A DNA stretch of 10,266 nt, from contig JAAOMT010000755.1 of the NCBI GenBank assembly GCA_016748015.1, positions 45,469 through 55,734 of the forward strand. Reading direction: 5' to 3'. The translations under genes and the position numbers were made by a program. A model generated the notes under the pieces. The model searched no databases, was not told where the DNA came from, and saw only the letters and a list, made by a program, of their open reading frames with translations. The stretch comes from Geosiphon pyriformis uo1 (taxonomy: Eukaryota > Fungi > Glomeromycota). Shown here one piece after another: positions 1 to 9,707 of the stretch. The stretch's first letter is position 1. Each line of letters opens with the position of its first letter.

Positions 1-44
1 TTTTATATGTGTTAAACTTGATTTAAATAAGGAAAAGGCAATAA

Positions 45-1833
45 ATGTTTTCTATATTTCCTGCTCAAGAGAGTGTGGTAAGTTTCAATTTTTTGCATAA
101 TTTTTAATAGAATTATTTAATGATTTTTTTTTAAATAACTTTTACCTAGTTCCAAGTGACAAAGTCATTTTACATAACACGAATTATAACAGCAACGTTA
201 CTTTCTATACTGTATTTCTTCTACTTATTATTTCTATCATATCAAATATGGAGCGATAAGCCAATACTTGAGAATTCACAACCAGAATATGTTCAGTTCT
301 TTAAAGCGCCAGGTAAGAAAATTTATATTGGAAATATTCACTTCAAAACTCAATTTAAATATGACAAATTAACGAGGTAGAATTCATTCTATAATCAGAT
401 GTTGAGATGTGTGGTTATGGTACCGATATAGAAATTGCACAATGTGACTTTACTTGGCAAAACTTGACTGTCGTAACATTCGATAGCTGTGCTCGTCCAG
501 ATGGAACACCATGGCTCACAGCTGGTCCAAAGAAAGATGATTACAATTTCTGTTACTGGTTTAGCGGAGGTGACAATTTATTCTATGGCGATAAAGATCA
601 ACAAGGAGATTATTTGCGGTCATTAGGATTTTATTTTCAGTTTAAGAATATAACAGGATATAATAGTTTAAGTATAACTGTTCCTACTATAGCGGTTAGT
701 AAATTGCTTTCGCGTTATTTGGGGTTTTTTGGATATTAAACGAGATTTAAAGTTTTTAACTTCTAATCTTAATATAGATAAAATTGTTGGATCCTGATTT
801 TAATCCACTTTGGAATAAGACTAAAACGAATGCTCAAGAGGTACGAATCATAAAGTTTTTAGTATTTTATCGAAAAATTTTAATCTTCAAATTTTCTAGT
901 GGAACGCAAATGCCGGTTTTATATTACGAAACGATTTTGATGCAATTTTCAACCAATCCACTTTTGTGAGTGAAATTCACTAGAATTTTCATTTTATCTA
1001 TTTTATTTCTCTCTTAAATTTAATTTCTTATCTTCTGTAGGTAAAAATGGTTTTCACAAAATTCCAAGGAATAAAACCAGATGACTTCAGTAGTCTTTTA
1101 GGACTAAAACCTAACTACATCAACAAAAAATTAATAAGCGCAGTTGCCCATGATCATCCATTACGTCAGAGTGATAAATTTGGTCCTGACCGTAAATATA
1201 GTGGATATTTTCAACTGGAAGTGGATGATTTCAAATTTGAAGTGCTAACCCAGAAGCGGTAAGGGGTAATTTTAGCTAGATTATGAATAAAATGAATTCT
1301 TTTACTAATGCTCTCAATCTCAAACAGTCTAAAAACAATACTTGGATCCTTTGGTGTCGCTGGTGGTGCTTTCAGTATGTCTTTTTTTGTATGAAGCTTT
1401 AAGATTTAAATTGGATAATACTGATTTTATTACAAATAGGTATAATTTTTACACTATACTCCTTTTTATACGGCGATCAAAAATTAAAACCTTGGTAAAT
1501 TTTTCTGAACATGAAACTTGAAATATTGATTATTTTTATGTTTACTGGGATTAATCAAATTTTAATTCTTAAAACTACAGGGGACTAATGCATCGTATTG
1601 TGAAATTGAGAGTACGAGATTCTGCACAAATGCGTAATGTACCCTTGATATCCCCCTTCAACGAAATCGCAAGCCAAGAGCTAACACAAGAAGAACAAAT
1701 GGCACTTGTCAAAGACCGTATAAAAGAATTAGAAGGCATATTATCGAATTATTGTTTTGATACGACACCATTAGAACGGCTTAGCCATCGAGTTAAATAC
1801 ATGCAGCAGCCACCAGTTTTTGATGAGGTTTAG
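45..1833 (+). CDS. Spliced 9-exon gene, 397-aa two-TM membrane protein (candidate DEG/ENaC/P2X/PAC-superfamily-like channel subunit)
   Basis: Exons are 45-77, 150-312, 399-694, 778-840, 900-965, 1041-1258, 1328-1374, 1440-1494 and 1581-1833 (1194 nt). All 8 introns are GT..YAG and 59-86 nt long, with donors GTAAGT, GTAAGA, GTTAGT, GTACGA, GTGAGT, GTAAGG, GTATGT and GTAAAT. Phases match into one uninterrupted frame. ATG45 is directly preceded by an in-frame TAA. Protein: MFSIFPAQESV-FQVTKSFYITRIITATLLSILYFFYLLFLSYQIW (TM1)...FKAPDVEMCG...EVLTQKRLKTILGSFGVAGGAFSIIFTLYSFLYG (TM2) DQKLKPWGLMHR...RIKELEGILSNYCFD...DEV*. The gene structure is well supported; the function is inferred. Confidence 0.9.
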
Positions 1834-3312
1834 AGATAATGAATTAGTCTTTGATTTTACAACTTGGATACAAAACAAAATTCTACAATCCAATTTCTAT
1901 GTTATAGATAACAAGTATTCACTTTGAATATTTATTTTGTAATTAACTCTCCCATCTTTTTTGAATTTTGAAAAAGGAGCCTATGCCTTAGTTTTTAAGA
2001 ACTACATTCTCGAGTAGTTTTTGAGTGTTTAACTTTTATACAAAAGAAACCTATTTACTAAACTTCAGTAAAAATATATGATTTAATATCTTTTTACAGT
2101 TTGGAAAAGAGAGAAAGAAAGGCCATTAACTAAAAGTCTTAATAATAAGTTTGAACCTACTTGTGCTTTAGATTTTTGCGCAGTATTTTGAGGAATAGTT
2201 TTATTAGATGTTAATAATACATTAGCAAACGACTCATTATCAACCATACTTGTAAGTGAAAGATTACAATCAAAAATTAATATAGAAAAAGCAGATTAAA
2301 AGATAATTTTTACATTAAAATTAACAGCAAAGCTTTTTAATTTAAATCAAGCCGATTCGAGAACTTTTAGACGGACTTTTATTAAATAATTCGAATTGAA
2401 TGAAATTAAAAACACACGAACATTTTCAAACTCAATGTTAATAATTTAAACTTGAATTTGATATCATGTTTAGACATTTCACTTATTACATATATAAATT
2501 TTGGTGATTGAAAAAAATAAAAATTTTTGGATATTTGAAGAATTACAAAATTACATGATTTGGTAAATTTGTAAACATATTCAAAAAATAAGTTAAGATT
2601 TAAAAAATAATAAATTTATAGTTTATGTCATTTTTATTCATTCCAAGTTTTTTTTAGCAAATATTCTTACAAATTAGTGATTTAGTTAACACAATTTTTG
2701 TGATAAATACTGTATTAATTTTGAATGAATATGATTTATAAAAGCTATGTTTAATAAATAAATATTGATGAAGTATAAGCTGAATACGATGGGATGAGTA
2801 GGGTTAGTACTTTTAGAATAAATTTATTCATTGGGATTAAGAAATCTATCATTAAATTTTCGAATTCAGTTGTTCAATCCGGCTTCATATCACTTTTTGC
2901 TGATGTTTTCTTTGCCACCATTTTTCGTTTGTTAAATAATTTTTTAGCGATTCATGACGATGCTTTTAAAGTGAGAAACGTACAATTATAATGGAAATTA
3001 TTATTCACACAAATATTTTCTACAATCAAGGACCTTTTATTTAGTATGTATAAACAAGAAAGGAATTAATTGACTTTTTAGTTCAAAATATTGAAATGTA
3101 GAACATTCTTAACTTTGTTTCCATTCTATCAATCTTTACTAATGCCAAAATTCTTGCCTTTCACTCGAATTATATGAATTATTTGTTTCACAAGTATTTT
3201 AATGACTCGGATAAAGAGTTACGAGATTAAGATTTAAGAAAAATTGAGTTTTTCATTCATCTTAAAAAAATTTTGGACTCTTTTATATCTTACATTTCAA
3301 ACATAAAAAATA

Positions 3313-3468
3313 ATGAAGCGTGTCGATCTTGAAGGGAATATTATTGCTGCCGATAACTTTCTCAAAGATGCTCAGGCCAATGAAGAAAGATACTTCTCAG
3401 AGGGGCTAAATGAATTCAAAAAAGCCATAGAAAAGTTAAGAAGTTGGATAGTAGTCCTATGTCCTTGA
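3313..3468 (+). CDS. Possible small ORF or exon remnant, 51 aa (MKRVDLEGNIIAADNFLKDAQANEERYFSEGLNEFKKAIEKLRSWIVVLCP)
   Basis: ATG-to-TGA open frame in an A-rich start context. It is GC-richer than its flanks and has a helical, protein-like composition. No family recognised. Confidence 0.3.
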   Translation: MKRVDLEGNIIAADNFLKDAQANEERYFSEGLNEFKKAIEKLRSWIVVLCP

Positions 3469-3757
3469 AGAAATTTTTTAACACTATCGTAAAGATATTC
3501 CAATATAAAGACATTACAAAATTTTCATATTGTTCAAACGAAAGTTATAAGATTAGTTTGAAAAACTTAATTACATATCCAATTATAAAATAACTATATT
3601 TAACGATAATATCAAAAGTTGTGTCTCTCTTGACCTCCTTTTTTTAAATCTAGAGAAAACAAAATGTTAGGTACAATAGTAAATAATTTTCTCAGTTTAA
3701 TCTTTGACATAATTATTATACTTTAGTTTTCAAGGACTCTCATTCCTTGAACCTCCA

Positions 3758-5305
3758 TTAAACACACTTCTTCATCGTGACACCCATGTATGGTCCCCAA
3801 TGACTCTCAGAAAATGTTTCAGTTTTCGAATTAGAACATTCCTATTGCAAAAAATTAGGTTTAAATATCATAATTTATCATATATCTTTAAACTTTAAAC
3901 TTTAAGAGATTTGAAAGACTAACCCAACTTTCGAAATTAAATTGTGGTTGGCATTCGAATACTTTTTCATTTCTCATTAATCCAAAACTCTACTCCAAAA
4001 GATTATAAAACCAAGGGTAACATGATGTCGGATATTTAACACGATCATCGTAATGTCGAGTAACTCGATATATAGAAATTTGATTTTTTCTAATAAAGAA
4101 TTTACCAATATGCGAAAACAAAATTAGCGATACGTGGACTTCCAAATGTGTACACTTCTGTTTTTAGATGAGGATTAATGCCGATATAAGCCAGTGCGAC
4201 AAGGATTGCTAATGCTAAATAATTTTATAACGAATAAAGTTTATGTTTAGATATAGTTTTTGAAAACCAAATAATCTCGAATATTTATAAACTTTCAGAT
4301 ATATACCACCCCCACTTCCATGTCCAGTAAAAGCAATTCTCGAATTTAGATACTCTGATAAGATCTTTTCCACCAATCTTATTATATCCTCTAAGCTATC
4401 TAAAAATACTTCATATAAATAATTATTAATATTACGACTTTCACAAGATGTCTTCAATTCAGTACTGGCGGGAAAACCATTCGCAGCGTACGATGTGGAG
4501 AAACCTTGCGAGTAGAAATTTTCGTCATTTCCCTTTATGGAAAAGATTACGTTCTTTGAGGAGTCGTCAATTATTGTCTTGACTAAAACAAAATTCAGAA
4601 TCAATTTATTTTAAACCCATTTTTCATGGTTTAAAAAAAATCCAGTAATTCCTTTTACCCCAAATATCATTTGCCTTTTCAAAACTTCCCCTGATCTATC
4701 ACAATACACTGGTTTGCATAATCCGTCAATTTTTTCGAATTTTTCAGAACTGTAGTATTTTTACTAGAAGTGTATCTTTAACTGTTGGGAATTGATTTAG
4801 AGCGATTTGAAATTCTGGTAACTTATCTTTTGGCTGGGTTAAAATTTCAATTAGTGAATAGATTCCTAGGTACGCTTTTAATATTGATGGGGGATCACAT
4901 TTTATTGGCTGATCTAGCATTTGTGATGATATTCTATTTTCAAGATTTGTTGTGACTTCTTGGTTTTCTAGGTGCTTTACTTTTACATCAGATTCAAAAT
5001 TAAAAAGATTTTTGTTGAAGTCAAATTCGATTGGTGGAATATATGTTCCATTGTTAGAAATTTGAAAATAATCGTCTTGCCCTAAACCATTTTTTGTAAT
5101 TTGATTCAATAATGTTATATTATTAAATTGATTGAAATTCCTTCCCATACCAGTAATTAAAGATCCTATTCCTTTTATTTGGTTCTCAACGATAGGTTTT
5201 AAAATGGCTGCACTTATCTTTGAAAACTTTATCGAAGCATGTTTTAAATAAAAGTATGAGCAAGAGTAAAAGAAAGTTCTTTGAAATTGAAAATTGAGTT
5301 TTCAT
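3758..5305 (-). pseudogene. Class-3 lipase (Lipase_3, alpha/beta hydrolase)-like secreted protein gene, frameshifted (pseudogene or assembly indels)
   Basis: ATG5305 gives the signal peptide MKTQFSISKNFLLLLLILLF. Lipase_3 motifs follow in order: PVYC (cf. AAYC), IIDDSSKNVIFSIKG (cf. IVVAFRG), IAFTGHGSGGALAILVAL, VYTFGSPRIANFVFA, IYRVTRHYDD, FGVEFWI, ECSNS and SHWGPYMGVTMKKCV* (TAA 3760-3758). Introns are about 4658-4578 or 4583 (acceptor ambiguous), 4306-4215 and 3923-3842. Frame changes are needed near 5220-5245, 4760, 4085-4105, 4005-4025 and 3970. Confidence 0.85.
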
Positions 5306-6329
5306 ATTAAAAAAAATAAGTAATAGTAAACTTTCCACAACAGAAAGTTTTTAATATAGTTCAGAATTTTTTGAAGCTACGTTTTCTCTTACAATTAATA
5401 AATATTTTATTCTTTAAGTGATGTGTAAAAAATAAGTTGCATGTTTATGTTTCGGTCAAAGATATTATTTAGATATTTATGATAATTCAATCAAAGATCA
5501 AAGTCTATCAAAGGAATGATGTGATCCAAGTTCTAGAAAAATAGGTTCTTTAAAAATAAAGATCACATAGTAACACCTATTTAGGATGTAAAATGAAATC
5601 ACATTCATTCGCAATTTTTTATCTTTATTTTGTGTGTTTAGACTAATGGGTTATAAAAGACTCGGCGACTGAAAATTTTGAAAATAGGGCCCATTTCCAA
5701 TAGATTGAATTTTTGTAAATAGATGTAGATAATATTACAATAATTTCGTAATGTGAAATGTTTAATGTTTCAAATGCTTTTTAAGGAATAAAAAAACAAA
5801 AATGTAATTTTCTGGTTTAATTAACAATCTTGGGTCGCACAAAAAGATCTTACCCGAGTAGAATCATAACCACAAACTATAGAGATTGCCTAACCTTAAC
5901 ACGTTTTCTTACTTCGTAAAAGCGATCCTCAACCAGAAGGGTTAATAGGAATGGTAAATCCTTCATATTACCGTGATTTAATAAAATTAATGCCCCGGCA
6001 AATTCGAAGCTAAAGGAGGTTATACGAAGTATTAGTATAGTCATAAACTGAATAGTGAAAAATAAAGTTGCTCATCTATTGCTATATAAAGTAAAATTTC
6101 CCTCCCCCTTCGGTATTTAGTGTATAAGTATTTGTTCATTGGATTGTGCTGATGTTTAGCTTGTTCTATTTTAATATGCTGAAAAAATTGATAATATTAA
6201 GTTTGCTAACTTCTATTGGTATTTCATTGAAGGATTATTATAAATTTGCGCCAATTATCGAGATCGTGAAATCGGACTCTTACTCTTATTTAACAGAGTA
6301 AGAACGGAAGAAAAATTAATCAGAAGTTG

Positions 6330-7000
6330 ACTAACCCCCATGTACTGTAACAATTATAGACTGTTTTAATGAATTGCAAAATTTTACCAGTTTCTTTTCT
6401 TTTGACTGATTTTGATGATAGAAAATTAAATTTATTAACTTCTACCCTTTCTTGGGACAAAGAAAAGGAGTTTACTTTTTAAAATGCAATATTAATTAGA
6501 TTATATATAGTAGCTTTTAAAAACATATTGAATTCTTGCGCAAATTTCAAGTCTCTTATATCTGCTATTAGTAAAAAGCTCTCTAAAAAAGGTCTAAACC
6601 TCTTTTTCTGGATTTTTTTTTTCAATGGGTCAAAGCTCTGAAATTTGAAAACGGGACATTAAATGATTTAATGCTTCATTTTTTAAGATAATGATGAAAG
6701 TTCAGATAATATTAAGCGATACAATTAGAGGCTCAATAAAAAGTATATGGGATAACAAATATATTAATATTGGTATAATTTCCAAGTAATTGGTAATATT
6801 TATAAAAATTTTCTTAGGATTTCATCACTTGCTTTATCTTTTGACATATGGTCAAGGTCGAGCTGTTGGGAATGTTTCTTCAATTCAAGCTGATCCAAAA
6901 TAAAGAAAATATATTCGATCCATTTATGATCGGCTTCATGTTGATTGATAATTTCTCGTGCATCGTGAGCATTTTCATCGGTAATATTGGATTAGTGATC
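6330..7000 (-). pseudogene. Possible degenerate coding remnant, unknown family
   Basis: An acceptor-like TTTTTTTACAG ends near 7000. Open frame 6991-6800 reads SNITDENAHDAREIINQHEADHKWIEYIFFILDQLELKKHSQQLDLDHMSKDKASDEILRKFL*. Further protein-like stretches follow (FRPFLESFLLIADIRDLKFAQEFNMFLKAT near 6600-6500, SVKRKETGKILQFIKTVYNCYSTW near 6410-6335), with a GTTAGT donor-like site near 6333. The region is interrupted by stops or frameshifts. Confidence 0.3.
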
Positions 7001-7331
7001 TGTAAAAAAAGACTGTTTTGATAGTTTCCATACTCGTGAAATTAAAATAGTAGCTCATCTTCCAAGGGAAAACCTTAAATTAAGGTAAAAAAAACAATAG
7101 ATATTGTTGCGTTTCTTGCTCTGCAAGAAAAATATGCTTTACACATTAGCGAAAAGTTGAGACATATACATCACTCATTCAATGTGTATATACAAAATCC
7201 AATTTCACGATACCAAAATAGAGTCAAAATTAAAACATGGAAAACAATTCAAATAAATATACTAAAACCCATCTTAAAAAATAAACAATTTCCACACTTT
7301 CCGTTACACATATATTTGGTTATTATTATCG

Positions 7332-8956
7332 GGAATTGTAAAGCTTTAAAGGATTTCAAAGATATGTAATAATCTTTGTATGCAATTGTTATAACAGTTG
7401 TAACTGTTTACAATTATTAAAATTGGTTGTAATTTTATATTATCAATTTAAAACTTTTATTTATTAAAATTTATTTTTGAAATAAAGATAAACAGAATTT
7501 TAATTAAGTAAAGTCTTTTTTTATGCACATATTTAATTATATGTACAATTCATCTTTCAATTTTGTTAATTTAATTATATTTTTAATAAATAAATTTAAA
7601 AACGTATATTAATTAAATTAATAATTAAACCCATTTTAATTAAAGTCTTAATATTTGCTCATAATAAATTTATTTAATTTATAAATAAAATAAATTTAAG
7701 TGTTTATTTCTTTTTTTATTAATTTAATTGCTTTTTAAACTGTTTTTTATAGATGCTATTTAAAAAATTGGATGTACTTGTTTAAAGTTTTTTTTCAATA
7801 ATAAAAGTAACAAAATATAAAATTAACCAATTTGCCAAAAATACATAACTTTTGGTTTGCAAAAATGATTAGTAAAAAAATCTAAAAGTCTTGTTACCTA
7901 TGTTAAAAATCTGTCTTTGTTTTTTTGTATTAAGCAAAAACTTTAAAACTGTTTTGGCTTTTGCATTAATATTTTACAATATTAAAATAGTTATATACTA
8001 CATGTAATTTCATTTTTTATGTAGCTAATTTGTGTTTGAATGTTAAGCATTTGTGTAAAGTAATAAAAAAACCAGTTATATAAAAAATTAATTAGATACC
8101 AACTTGGTTAAAATTAGTTTAGTTTTAGAATATTTGGACACAAGACAGATTTTTTCATAATTATTTTATAAAATTTATTTTTTATTTTTTGAAATTAAAT
8201 ATTGCAAAACTTGAGAATTTTTGAAATTCAATTAACTTAAAAATAATTTGACTATTAAATTTTTTTACAAATTGAAATTATTGAAATTGGATATCTTGAA
8301 TAGTTTGCAAACTTTCAAAAATTCCAATTCCAATTTCAAATTAAAACTTAAAACTTCTTACAGCTAGAAACTGCTAAAAATTGGCAAGGAATTAAGAATT
8401 TAAGTTATTAAAAGAAGCTAGCATACAATTACAACAAAATTATTTAGAAATTTAAGAATATCAGACAAACAAAAATTGACAATTTTTATACATAACATTA
8501 ACATAAATAACTTCAATAATTACCAAAAAAAAAGAGTAAAAAAAAGCTTCTTAATAAATTGTAATTTCAAATTTTAAATCTAATACTTATTTATTAAATT
8601 TACAATTTTATTTTTGGCTCCAGCACTACTAATTTAAAAAGCATTTTAAAAGTTATCTTTTTAAGTTTTTATTTTAGTTGCAAATAATGTGGCTTTCCAT
8701 TTAAAAAGGTTATAAAATTGAAAAACACAATATATTTTGTCGATCAGCATTTTGGTAAATTTGATATTGGTTCTCAATTAAAATAAAAAGTCAAGTAATT
8801 TATACACAAAATTTATTAAAAAAAACAGAGTGCAATTAAAAGCTCAAAAAAGTTTTTTTGTTGTGTTAAATACAAATTCAAGCAATAAAAAACAATGGCA
8901 AGAATTTTTAGTCTCATTAAAAAGTTAACAGGCCAAGTTTTTTTAGCATTGATGGC
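7332..8956. repeat. Extremely AT-rich, CpG-depleted block, probable decayed repeat or transposon remnant
   Basis: Only two CG dinucleotides were found by eye (about 7603 and 8741) in roughly 1.6 kb, whereas CGs are common in the flanks. There are no long ORFs. No transposase or RT motif is recognisable, so TE origin is inferred. Confidence 0.45.
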
Positions 8957-9707
8957 CGATCTCTATAGGCTGATGGAATGGAACGATGATCTGGAATGCC
9001 GCTATTTCATAAATGTGTAAAACTCTTAGTAATTAAGGTTTCTGGTGAAAATAAAGAACAAGGATTAAAATTAAAATTGAAATTAAAATTAGAATCAGAA
9101 ATGAAAACCTTTTATTAATTTCATTGTTATTCCCTTTTCAAGTTGAATCACCCCAATTGTTTATAAGAGTTTAAATTTTTTTTGAATTCGGTAAATAATA
9201 TGCGATTTATGTAGAAAAGCAGATTTATCTGTATTAAAAATAACAGATGGTAAGATAATAAACGATCTTTGCAATCATATGTTCATTGAATGAAGAAACC
9301 TTAATTAAATAGGATAGTATTAATTTTAATTGGTTATCTAATTATGGAAATAGCATCAAAAAACATTTTTCTTTGAAGATTACATTTTCAATCTAGCATT
9401 AAATAAAAAATCTTTTTTTTCACAAACAAATGATAATCACAACAGAAGTTAATTTTTTTATTCCTAACTGTATTTATGCTTAATGTCTTTTATTGGTTCC
9501 AAAACACAATTGATGGTAAAGTTGTAATTTTAGATTACGGCAAGATTTTTCTATAAATTGAGGTCTAAGCCTTGAATGATCGTTAAACTCTAACCAAAGA
9601 ATAACGATCTTTCCGAGTGATTTTTCATGAAAACTCTAATAATAAATAGCTCAGATGAAATAGAAAAACCAAACTATCCAAAAAATTACCCTGCAAAATT
9701 AAAAAAA

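Noticed and set aside
156-1833. Five separate small ORFs in the ORF track
   Set aside because: They are exons of a single spliced gene with intron read-through tails.
2794-2991. 65-aa ORF
   Set aside because: It has no recognisable motif or convincing splice partners, and its composition is typical of a chance ORF in AT-rich DNA.
5218-5227. 10-nt GT..AG micro-intron on the minus strand that would repair the first lipase frameshift
   Set aside because: It is far below a spliceable length; the other introns here are 59 nt or longer.
7157-7369. 70-aa ORF
   Set aside because: It has a non-ATG (TTG) start in a eukaryotic context and a low-complexity I/K/N composition.
7365-8930. TG...CA ends suggesting a solo LTR
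   Set aside because: The flanks (AGATA and GGCCA) give no target-site duplication, and no PBS or PPT was seen.
9064-9105. Degenerate TTAAAA hexamer run
   Set aside because: It is ordinary low-complexity sequence, neither telomeric nor CRISPR-like.
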